In this document: piece after piece, positions 1 through 8,089 of the stretch
Numbering within the stretch: position 1 is the first letter of the stretch
Layout of the letters: each line of letters starts with the position of its first letter
NCBI GenBank assembly: GCA_963733955.1
Contig: CAVTEW010000003.1
Coordinates: 1,308,322-1,372,321, forward strand
Direction of reading: 5' to 3'
Source of the DNA: an uncultured Acidobacteriota bacterium
Lineage (GTDB): Bacteria > Acidobacteriota > Thermoanaerobaculia > UBA5066 > Gp7-AA6
Length of the DNA stretch: 64,000 nt
Made by a program: the position numbers and the translations under genes
Notes under the pieces: generated by a model
The model's database searches: none
Told to the model about the DNA's origin: nothing
Seen by the model: the letters and a program-made list of their open reading frames with translations, nothing else

Positions 1-1398
1 GCGCAAGGATCGCTGCCGCGCCGGCTCGGCGCCGCGCTCGCGCGCGGCTGGCTTCTGCTGCTGCTCTCCGGCGGGGTCCTCGCCGGAGTCTTTCGCTTGC
101 GCCAATGGGTTCTGGGCGGCGCGCTGCGGTCCGCGTCCAGCGGGATCTTCGAGGTGGAGAACGTCCTGGCGCCCCTGTCCTTGGGGCCCAGGGCGGTCAA
201 TGCCTGCGTGCTGTTCTTCCGGTACCTGGGGCGCTGCGTTTTTCCCCTGCACCTCTCGGCCGACGAGTCGGCCTGGTCGATCCGGCCGCTGCCGCTGTCC
301 TCGCCTTGGGCGGTGGGGGCGGTGCTCCTGCTCGTTCTGCTCACCGGCGCGGCCCTCGCGCGGCTCCCCTCGGGCTCTCCGATCGCCCTGGGCGTCCTGT
401 TCTTCGCCGTGGCGCTCCTGCCCACCGGCAATCTGCTCTTTCCGATCGGGACGGTCTTCGCCGAACGGCTGGCCTATCTGCCTTCAGCCGGAATCTGCCT
501 GGCCGCCGGCAGCCTCTTCGTCCGGTCGCCGGCCGTCGAGGGCGCCGCTCCGGCCCTGCGCCGGCGGGCCCTCGCGGCGGTCCTGGCCGTGCTCTCGATC
601 CGCACCATCGTCCGCAACCCCGTCTGGTGGTCCGACGTCGGGCTCTTCCGGAATCTGATCGCGACATCCCCGCAGAGCGCCAAGGCCCACTACGACCTGG
701 CCTACGTGGCCGCGGACCTCAACCGCGACGCGCTCGCGCGCGCCGAGTACGGACGCGCCATCGCGCTGTACCACGACTACTGGGACGCCTGGGCCGGCCA
801 GGGGAGAGTCGAGAAGCGGCTGGGACTGCTCGCCCAGGCCGAGCGGTCCTACGAGGAATCGATCCGGATCTTTCCGGCCTACGAGAACGGCCATTTCGGG
901 CTGGCCGACGTACGGGCGGCCCGGGGAGACCTCGCCGGCGCGGAGAGCGCGTACCGCAAGGGCCTCGAGAAGGTGCCCCGTTCTCTGCCGCTGGCCTATC
1001 ACCTCGCGCTCGTTTCCGGGAAGCTCGGCCGCGCCGAGGCGGCGTCGGACTGGCGTCGGGCGCTGGAGCTGGGCGGCGAGCTCTGCTCGGTGCGCGGCGA
1101 CCATGCCCGGTGGCTGCTCGATCAGGGCAAGGTCGACGCGGCGCAGCGCGAAGCCCGAAAGGTGCTGCGGCGGATCCCCGGATGCCCCGAAGCCCTGCGC
1201 GTTCTGGCGCACGCCGCCGGCCGGCGCGGGCGTCTCTTTGCCGCCGCGCTCGCTCTGGAGAAGGCCTACCGCTCCTCTCGGTCGCAGGACGACCTGGCCG
1301 AGCTCGCCCGGGCCGCGTCCTCCTCGCCCCAATACGCGCGCCGCTTCGACGGCCTCACGCGCTCGGGCGTTCTGCCGCGCCGGGTGGGCGGGAGCTAA
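1..1398 (+). CDS. TPR-repeat membrane protein (5' partial; frame is open to the window start, with hydrophobic N-terminal segments followed by TPR repeats)
   Basis: Provided ORF 97..1398. The upstream 96 nt are in frame with no stop and encode a hydrophobic stretch (GWLLLLLSGGVLAGV). TPR-like repeats are visible, e.g. AKAHYDLAYVAADLNRDALARAEYGRAIAL. Confidence 0.6.
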   Translation, partial: AQGSLPRRLGAALARGWLLLLLSGGVLAGVFRLRQWVLGGALRSASSGIFEVENVLAPLSLGPRAVNACVLFFRYLGRCVFPLHLSADESAWSIRPLPLSSPWAVGAVLLLVLLTGAALARLPSGSPIALGVLFFAVALLPTGNLLFPIGTVFAERLAYLPSAGICLAAGSLFVRSPAVEGAAPALRRRALAAVLAVLSIRTIVRNPVWWSDVGLFRNLIATSPQSAKAHYDLAYVAADLNRDALARAEYGRAIALYHDYWDAWAGQGRVEKRLGLLAQAERSYEESIRIFPAYENGHFGLADVRAARGDLAGAESAYRKGLEKVPRSLPLAYHLALVSGKLGRAEAASDWRRALELGGELCSVRGDHARWLLDQGKVDAAQREARKVLRRIPGCPEALRVLAHAAGRRGRLFAAALALEKAYRSSRSQDDLAELARAASSSPQYARRFDGLTRSGVLPRRVGGS

Positions 1399-1407
1399 GC
1401 CGCCGGG

Positions 1408-2020
1408 TCAGACCCGGCCGGACTTGGATCGCAGGTTGCGCTCCCGCCGGCTCGCGGCGCGGATCGCCACGCGGGGGTGGCGCCGGTGGTAGAGGCGCAG
1501 GACCGCGAGCGTCAGGCCGTTGGCCAGGAGCCCGAGCAGCGCGGCGAGGATGGTGGTTCCGACGAGGAACGAGAGGAGCCGGGGCGCGAAGGCGTGGCGC
1601 CCGAAGACGTGGTGCGCCGTCTGGATCGGATGAAAGACCCAGGTTGGATCGCTCTGGAGGATCGCTCCCCAGTTGAGCCGCGGGACGGCGTGGCTGCCGT
1701 ACCCGAGCAGGGTTCGGCCCAGCCGATACCCGATCGGAAAGATCGGAGTCCAGGTCGGGGCGTTGCCGCAGAACGTGCCGAGCACGGTGTCGATCTTGTT
1801 CAACCGGAAGAGCAAGGCCAGTCCCAGGGCGATGAAGAGATGAAGGCCGATAAACGGAGAGAACCCGATTCCCACGCCCAGCCCGATCGCCGCGGCCACC
1901 CGCTCGGGGGGCTCCTCCCTGCCGAGGAGATCGAGGAGGAGAATCTTCCAGCGGCGCCGCCATTTCCAGCGGTGGTGCTTGCGGGGCCGGAACGCCCGCG
2001 GGGTCACGAAGCGGTTCACC
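1408..2020 (-). CDS. DUF2062-family membrane protein; GTG start overlaps the thiL stop (GTGA)
   Basis: Only the C-terminal ~200 aa of ORF 1408..2655 look protein-like (GIGFSPFIGLHLFIALGLALLFRLNKIDTVLGTFCGNAPTWTPIFPIGYRLG). The N-terminal extension is Arg-rich frame noise. Confidence 0.55.
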
Positions 2021-3053
2021 GCGTCTCCTCGACGGCGCCGGGCTCGAAGTGATCGTGGCCGATCTCGGAGACGTCGCGATCCCCGTGCCCGCCGCGGAGC
2101 ACGGCGCCGGATCCCTCCTCCACGCGGCCGATGCGGGTGATCGGCACCGGAGGGCGCTCGGGCGCCTCGGCCAGCCGGAGCTCGGCTTGCGCCGAGGCGG
2201 TAAACAGCAGCTCGTAGTCGTCGCCTCCCGCCAGGATCCACTCGATCGGGTCCAGGCCCTCCAGGTCCGCGAACGTCGTCAGGGCCGGATGGACCGGCAG
2301 GCGTTCCCGTTCCAGGACCAGTCGCACGCCCGAGGCGCGGGCCAGGCGTCCGGCGTCGACCCCGAGTCCGTCGGAGACGTCGATCGCGGAGCCGGCGGTC
2401 CGTTCCTGCGCCAGCCACAGGCCGAGGTCCACGCGCGGCTCCGGATCGCGGTAGGCGTTCAGAAGCTCGCGCTGCGCGACGGGCGACAGCCCGATCAGGC
2501 GCGGCGTCGGCGCCGAGCCCCGGCTCGCGAAGACGGCGAGACGGCGGGCCAGGCGCAATCCGGCCGCGGCGCGGCCGGGCCACCCGGACAGGAAGAGCAG
2601 GTCTCCGGGCTTCGCTCCGGACCGGGTCAGCGGCCGGGCCGGCGCGGAGCCGCACAGCGCGATGGAAACCAGCGTCACCGGCGCGTCGGACAGATCGCCT
2701 CCGACCAGGCGGAGCCCGAAAGGCTCGGCCCGGGACAACGCTCCGCGCGCGACGGCCAGCGGAAACTCCTCGCCGCGGTCCGACCGGAAGCCGATGGAGA
2801 GGAGAAAGAACTCGGGGCGCGAGCCCATCGCGGCCAGGTCGGAGAGGTTGACGGACAGGGCGCGACGGCCGATCGCCTCCGGCTCCTCATCGGAAAGGAA
2901 ATCGATCCCCTCGACGCACAGGTCCGTGGTCGCCACCACCGGGCCGGCCCAGGATTCGACCACCGCCGCGTCGTCGCCGGGACCGAGGGCGACTCCGGGC
3001 GCCGCAGGGAGCAGGGCTCGGAGCTTCTGGACGAACCGGTCCTCCGCCTTCAC
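2016..3053 (-). CDS. thiL: thiamine-monophosphate kinase
   Basis: GPGDDAAVVE, ATTDLCVEGIDF, NLSDLAAMG and GGDDYELLFT motifs typical of ThiL (AIR-synthase-related fold). GTG start. Confidence 0.85.
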   Translation of the reverse strand: MKAEDRFVQKLRALLPAAPGVALGPGDDAAVVESWAGPVVATTDLCVEGIDFLSDEEPEAIGRRALSVNLSDLAAMGSRPEFFLLSIGFRSDRGEEFPLAVARGALSRAEPFGLRLVGGDLSDAPVTLVSIALCGSAPARPLTRSGAKPGDLLFLSGWPGRAAAGLRLARRLAVFASRGSAPTPRLIGLSPVAQRELLNAYRDPEPRVDLGLWLAQERTAGSAIDVSDGLGVDAGRLARASGVRLVLERERLPVHPALTTFADLEGLDPIEWILAGGDDYELLFTASAQAELRLAEAPERPPVPITRIGRVEEGSGAVLRGGHGDRDVSEIGHDHFEPGAVEETR

Positions 3054-3140
3054 GGGGAGGCATTATTCACGAAGGCGCCGAGAACCGACAGGCAGGCCGC
3101 GTGAGGCGTAAGGCGTGAGGCGTGAGGCGGGACGTGGCCC

Positions 3141-3201
3141 GGTCGCGGCGCGCGTAGTCTCCTGAGCGGAAGCGAAGGAGGAGGCGCGCGCCGCGGGAGC
3201 C
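3141..3201. repeat. ~60-bp dispersed repeat, identical copy at 60351..60412, with an internal 10-bp GC stem (GCGGCGCGCG...CGCGCGCCGC)
   Basis: GGT(C)GCGGCGCGCGTAGTCTCCTGAGCGGAAGCGAAGGAGGAGGCGCGCGCCGCGGGAGCC is present at both loci, each next to GGCGTGA heptamer arrays. Confidence 0.85.
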
Positions 3202-3222
3202 GGAACGAAGTGGAGGCGACGT

Positions 3223-5700
3223 TTACGCCCGTGGCGCCGGAGTGGAACGACCCCTCGGGGCCGGCGCGACCTCCCGTGCCGGCGCCGCCGGAGGCGCGGG
3301 CATCGGCTCGGGGGCCGGCTTTTCGGCGGACACCGGGGGCAGGAGCGCGATCTCGAGCACCTCTTCGACCGTGTCGACGTAGCGGAACGTCATCTCGTGG
3401 ACCAGACGCGTCGAGATCTGCGTGATGTCCCGCCGATTGAGCCTGGGCAGCACCACCATCTTGATCTTGGCCTGGCGGGCCGCGAGCACTTTCTCCTTGA
3501 CGCCGCCGATGGGCAGCACTTCGCCGCGCAGCGTGATCTCGCCGGTCATCGCGACGTCGCGGCGGACCGGGCGCTGCGTGAAGGAAGAGATCATCGCCGC
3601 GGCCATGGTGATGCCGGCGGACGGCCCATCCTTGGGGATCGATCCCTCCGGAACGTGCACGTGCACGTCCCGCGTCTCGAAAAAGTCGTCGGCGATTCCC
3701 AGGTCGCGGGCATGGGCGCGGGCGTACGACATGGCCGCCTGCGCCGACTCCTTCATGACGTCCCCGAGCTGGCCGGTCAGGCGCAGGCTTCCCTTGCCGC
3801 GGACGGCCAGGGACTCGACGAACAGGAGATCTCCTCCGGTGGACGTCCAGGCCAGCCCCGTGGCGACGCCGACCTGGTCCTTCTTGAGGAGCTCGTCGGC
3901 GAAATGCTTGACCGGGCCGAGCATCTTCTCGACCGACGCGGAGGTGATCCGGTACCGGCGCGTCTTGCCCTTGGCCACGGACACGGCGACCTTGCGGCAG
4001 ATCGAGCCGATCTCCCGCTCCAGATTTCGCAGCCCGGCCTCGCGGGTGTAGGCCTCGATGACCTTGGCGAGCCCGCCCTCGGTGAATTCGAGGTTCGCCT
4101 CGGAGACCCCGTTCTCCTCCATCTGCTTGGGGATCAAGTGGCGGCGGGCGATCGCCTTCTTCTCCTCCAGCGTGTAGCCGGAGAGGCGGATGACCTCCAT
4201 CCGGTCGAGGAACGCGGGCTGGATCGGATCGAGAATGTTCGCTGTGGCGATGAACAGGACCCTGGAGAGATCGTAAGGGACTCCCAGGTAGTGGTCGCGG
4301 AACGAGAAGTTCTGCTCGGGGTCGAGCACCTCCAGGAGGGCCGAGCTCGGATCACCCCGGTAGTCCGCTCCGATCTTGTCGATCTCGTCGAGCATGAAGA
4401 CGGGGTTGGAGGTTCCAGCCTGGTGAATCCCCTGGACGATGCGGCCGGGCATGGCTCCGACGTAGGTGCGGCGGTGGCCCCGGATCTCCGCCTCGTCCCG
4501 CACGCCGCCCAGCGACAGGCGGACGAACTTGCGATCGAGGGCGCGGGCGATCGACCGTCCGAGCGAGGTCTTCCCGACTCCGGGCGGGCCCACGAAACAG
4601 AGGATCGGCCCCTTGAGGGTCTTCTTCAGCGCGTGCACGGCGAGAAACTCGAGGATCCGTTCCTTGACCTTTTCGATGTCGTAATGGTCCTCGTCGAGGA
4701 TCTGGCGCGAACGCTCGATGTCCTCGGCGTCGGAAGAGACCACGCCCCAGGGAAGCCCGGTCATCCAGTCGAGGTAGGTCCGGATGATGGCCGTCTCCGC
4801 CGAATCGGGGTGGCTGCGCTCCAGGCGCTTGATCTGCTTCTCGATCTCCAGCGCGGCCTCCGCGGTGATCTTCTTCTCCGTCACCAGCTCCTTGTAGTGG
4901 GAGAGCTCCTCGCTGATCTCTTCCCCTTCTCCGAGCTCCTGCTGGATGGCCCGCAGCTGCTGGCGCAGGTAGTACTCGCGCTGCGAGCGGTCCATCTCGC
5001 CGCGGGCCTGGGTGGAGATCTCCTGCTGCATGGTCAGGACGGTGATCTCCTTGGCCAGGCTGTCGTTGACCGCCCTCAAACGGTCGATCGGATCGACCGA
5101 TTCCAGGATCTTCTGGGCCTCTTCGAGCTTGAGGTCGAGGTTGGAGGCCGCCAGGTCGGCCAGGCGCGCCGGATCGTCCAGGTTGGCGGCGATGACCATG
5201 ACCTCGGGCGAGATGTTCTTGCCGAGCGAGACGGACTTCTCCAGGTTCTGCTTGACGCTGCGCACCAGGGCTTCCTGCTCGGGAGGGAGCTCCTTGGGGC
5301 TGTCGCGCTCCTCCAGCCGGGTGATCTTGGCCTTGAGGTAGGGCTCTTCGGCCAGGAAGGAGTCGACCCGCGCGCGGGTGAGACCCTGGACGAGAAGCCG
5401 GATGCGGCCGTCCGGGAGCTTGAGCATCCGCATGATGGCCACCACCGTGCCGACCGAGTACAGGTCCGCGGGGCGCGGCGTTTCGTTGGAGGCGTCCTTC
5501 TGCGCGACGAGCATGATGATGCGCTGCTCGGCGAGCGCGGCGTCGACGGCCTGGATCGACTTCTCCCGGGAGACCGAGAGCGGCAGGATGATGAAGGGGA
5601 ACACGACCACGTCCTTGAGCGGAAGGACGGGGAGGATGTCGGGGATCGGGAGCTCCTGGTCCCGCTCGGCGACGACCTCTTTCTCTTCTACTTCGGCCAT
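3223..5700 (-). CDS. lon: ATP-dependent Lon protease with a ~40-aa Pro/Ala-rich C-terminal tail
   Basis: Full-length Lon: N-terminal LON domain, Walker A GPPGVGKTS, and a C-terminal proteolytic domain containing PKDGPSAG. Confidence 0.95.
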   Translation of the reverse strand: MAEVEEKEVVAERDQELPIPDILPVLPLKDVVVFPFIILPLSVSREKSIQAVDAALAEQRIIMLVAQKDASNETPRPADLYSVGTVVAIMRMLKLPDGRIRLLVQGLTRARVDSFLAEEPYLKAKITRLEERDSPKELPPEQEALVRSVKQNLEKSVSLGKNISPEVMVIAANLDDPARLADLAASNLDLKLEEAQKILESVDPIDRLRAVNDSLAKEITVLTMQQEISTQARGEMDRSQREYYLRQQLRAIQQELGEGEEISEELSHYKELVTEKKITAEAALEIEKQIKRLERSHPDSAETAIIRTYLDWMTGLPWGVVSSDAEDIERSRQILDEDHYDIEKVKERILEFLAVHALKKTLKGPILCFVGPPGVGKTSLGRSIARALDRKFVRLSLGGVRDEAEIRGHRRTYVGAMPGRIVQGIHQAGTSNPVFMLDEIDKIGADYRGDPSSALLEVLDPEQNFSFRDHYLGVPYDLSRVLFIATANILDPIQPAFLDRMEVIRLSGYTLEEKKAIARRHLIPKQMEENGVSEANLEFTEGGLAKVIEAYTREAGLRNLEREIGSICRKVAVSVAKGKTRRYRITSASVEKMLGPVKHFADELLKKDQVGVATGLAWTSTGGDLLFVESLAVRGKGSLRLTGQLGDVMKESAQAAMSYARAHARDLGIADDFFETRDVHVHVPEGSIPKDGPSAGITMAAAMISSFTQRPVRRDVAMTGEITLRGEVLPIGGVKEKVLAARQAKIKMVVLPRLNRRDITQISTRLVHEMTFRYVDTVEEVLEIALLPPVSAEKPAPEPMPAPPAAPAREVAPAPRGRSTPAPRA

Positions 5701-5776
5701 GAGTCCAAGCTATCAGCTTTCGTCGAGGAACGGCGGCCCGCGGGCCTGGCGACGCCGCCGAACGGGCAGCGCAACG

Positions 5777-6244
5777 CTAATCCTCCTCGCCCTTGACCGA
5801 CAGCTCGTATTCCTTCTCCCGCTGATCGGGCACTCGAGGCAGCAGGACTTCCAGGAGGCCGTCCTTCAGGAACGATGTGGCTTGATGGGTGTTGACCGGG
5901 CGCGGCAGGGGCACCGACTTCACGAAGGCGCCGAAGTATCTCTCCATGCAGAAGAATCGCAGGCCCTCGCGCGAGCGGATGCGTCCCTTCTTCTGTCCCT
6001 TGACCGTCAGAACGCGGCCGCGCACGGTGACCCGCACGTCCGCGGACTCCACGCCGGGCAGCTCGATCAGGACGCGGATCGTCTCGCCGTCGTCCAGGAT
6101 GTCCACGCTCGGGTCCCAGGCCGTCGCGCTGGCGCCCACTCCCCGGTTGGCCTCCACGAACGCCGCGAACAGGCGGTTGATCTCCCCCTGGAGCCGCGAC
6201 AGCTCCACGATGGGCCCGTAGAGCTTGGCCGAGCGCTTTACCAT
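5777..6244 (-). CDS. Hsp20/alpha-crystallin family small heat-shock protein
   Basis: WDPSVDILDDGETIRVLIELPGV...ERYFGAFVKSVPLP alpha-crystallin-domain pattern. Confidence 0.9.
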   Translation of the reverse strand: MVKRSAKLYGPIVELSRLQGEINRLFAAFVEANRGVGASATAWDPSVDILDDGETIRVLIELPGVESADVRVTVRGRVLTVKGQKKGRIRSREGLRFFCMERYFGAFVKSVPLPRPVNTHQATSFLKDGLLEVLLPRVPDQREKEYELSVKGEED

Positions 6245-6250
6245 TTGAAT

Positions 6251-6327
6251 GAGGCGAGAGGCGTAAGGCGCAGCTCAACGCTCCCGGCTCCCGTTCGCCT
6301 CACGCCTGACGCCTTACGCCTAACGCC
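6251..6327. repeat. GGCGTRA heptamer arrays in inverted orientation (hairpin-forming) between hsp20 and nrdR
   Basis: GAGGCGAGAGGCGTAAGGCG ... CGCCTCACGCCTGACGCCTTACGCCTAACGCC. Confidence 0.8.
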
Positions 6328-6332
6328 CTGTG

Positions 6333-6800
6333 TCATACCTTCGTCTCCGCCCGGCCGATCAGGCCCTTGAGCTCGTTCAAGAATTCGTCCACATCTTCGA
6401 ACTTTCGGTAGACCGAGGCAAATCGGACGTAGGCCACCTTGTCGAGCTCGCGCAGGCGCTCCATCACCAGCGCGCCGATTTCCCGGGTGGCCATCTCGCG
6501 CTCCTCGGTGTCGTGGAGGCGCGACTCGATCTCGTCGACGATCGAGTCCAGGCGGGCCGGGGGCACCGGCCGCTTCTCGCAGGCCTTGGCCAGGCCCGCG
6601 CGCAGCTTCTTTCGGTCGAAGGTTTCCCGGCGGCCGTCGTTCTTGACCGCCATGTAGGGGATTTCCTCGATGGTCTCGTAGGAGGTGAAGCGCCTTCCAC
6701 ACGACACGCACTCCCGGCGCCTGCGGATGACCTCGCCTTCCCGGCTCTCGCGGGAGTCCACGACGCGGTCGTCGACGCCGCTGCAGAAGGGGCATTTCAT
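6333..6800 (-). CDS. nrdR: transcriptional repressor NrdR
   Basis: MKCPFCSGVDDRVVDSRESREGEVIRRRRECVSCGRRFTSYE zinc ribbon followed by an ATP-cone. Confidence 0.9.
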   Translation of the reverse strand: MKCPFCSGVDDRVVDSRESREGEVIRRRRECVSCGRRFTSYETIEEIPYMAVKNDGRRETFDRKKLRAGLAKACEKRPVPPARLDSIVDEIESRLHDTEEREMATREIGALVMERLRELDKVAYVRFASVYRKFEDVDEFLNELKGLIGRAETKV

Positions 6801-6803
6801 ACG

Positions 6804-6886
6804 GGGCGTAAGGCGTGAGGCGTAAAGCGTAAGGCGATGGCGACGGCGACGGGGCGTGAGGCGTGAGGCGTGAAGCGTAAGGCGAA
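6804..6886. repeat. tandem GGCGTRA heptamer array upstream of nrdR
   Basis: GGCGTAAGGCGTGAGGCGTAAAGCGTAAGGCG...GGCGTGAGGCGTGAGGCGTGAAGCGTAAGGCG. Confidence 0.8.
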
Positions 6887-6911
6887 CATGGCTGAACTTA
6901 TCTTGCCCCTT

Positions 6912-7940
6912 CTAGGAATGGCCGTCCACCGCTTCGCGCTTCTGGATCTCCGCTTCCGCCGCCCGGGCCAGCGCCCGCTCGCGGCCGGACAGGGCGAGCA
7001 GGGTCAACCCGATCAGGGTGATCAGGATGAACGAGGTGGCCCAGGCCAGGATGGCCACGCCGGCGGCCGCGTCGGCGCCGACCCCGAACACCTTCTTGAG
7101 CGTTTCGGCCACCGCGGCCTGGTAGGAGCCCAGCCCGCCGGGCGTGGGCACCGCCAGCCCCAGAACGGCCGCCGCCGTCACGACGAACGAGGCGGGAAAC
7201 GGCAGGCCGAGATGGAAGGCCCGCAGGACGCTGTAGATCTGGAGATTGATGACGAGCCACATCCCCAGGGACCCAGCCGTGATCGCCAGCAGCAGGGGGG
7301 GACTCTTCAAAGAGGCGAACCCGTCGATGAAGGTGGTCGAGAAGGCCGCGACCTTCGGCTGGATCCGAGCCGGAAGGCGGCGCCAGATCTTTTCCAGCAG
7401 GCGCTCCGTCGCGCTCCGGCGAAAAACCGCGAAGAGGGCCAGGGCCACGAGCGCGCCGAGGACGGCCGCGGGCAGGAGGCCGACCAGGCCGAGGCTGCCC
7501 TTGCGCCCCGGCTCGAGCCAGACCGCCAGGAGGAGATAGAAGAGGACCGAGGCTCCGTCGAAGACGCGCTCGAGCGCCACGGACGCGAGCAGGGGAGAAA
7601 AGGGGAGTCCCTCCGACCGGGCCAGAAGCGCCGGGCGCAGAACCTCGCCGACCTTGCCGGGAAGGTTGTTGGCGGCGAATCCGACCGCGGTGGCCTGGAA
7701 CGCCGGGTAGACGCGCACACGCGCCACCGGCCGAAGGATCCAGGTCCAGCGGACGGCCCGAAAGACGAACGTGCCGACTCCCAGGAGGAGGCTCGCTCCG
7801 AGCCAGCCCGGGGAGGTCGAGAGGACGGCGTCCCTGGTCCTTCGCAGATCGATGCCCCGGATGAAGAACCAGAGCAGAAGGACCGTCAACGCCAGGGAGA
7901 TGGCGATCTTTCCGGCATGGGAGCGGACGGTCGGTTTCAC
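6912..7940 (-). CDS. flippase-like / lysylphosphatidylglycerol-synthase TM-region (UPF0104) membrane protein
   Basis: Multi-pass membrane protein with NNLPGKVGEVLRPALLA motif. Confidence 0.7.
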   Translation of the reverse strand: MKPTVRSHAGKIAISLALTVLLLWFFIRGIDLRRTRDAVLSTSPGWLGASLLLGVGTFVFRAVRWTWILRPVARVRVYPAFQATAVGFAANNLPGKVGEVLRPALLARSEGLPFSPLLASVALERVFDGASVLFYLLLAVWLEPGRKGSLGLVGLLPAAVLGALVALALFAVFRRSATERLLEKIWRRLPARIQPKVAAFSTTFIDGFASLKSPPLLLAITAGSLGMWLVINLQIYSVLRAFHLGLPFPASFVVTAAAVLGLAVPTPGGLGSYQAAVAETLKKVFGVGADAAAGVAILAWATSFILITLIGLTLLALSGRERALARAAEAEIQKREAVDGHS

Positions 7941-8089
7941 GGGTTTTCGACTTTTCAGGGGCTTTCGGCGTCCCTTTTTAGCACCTGTGAGTGCGTTTTG
8001 CCTAAAAAAATGAGGCTAAGGCGAGACGGAGCTTGACTTTCCATCGAGATTTTCACATTCTTTTCTTAAATTTTCGGGGAGGATTGCGC

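Noticed and set aside
1408-2655. 415-aa ORF as annotated
   Set aside because: Only the C-terminal ~200 aa (DUF2062) are protein-like. The upstream part is Arg-rich noise overlapping thiL.
3397-5796. 799-aa plus-strand ORF antisense to lon
   Set aside because: Arg/Gly/Asp-rich low-complexity translation typical of antisense frames in high-GC DNA. lon on the opposite strand is unambiguous.
6870-8036. 388-aa plus ORF
   Set aside because: Antisense to the flippase-like membrane protein gene.
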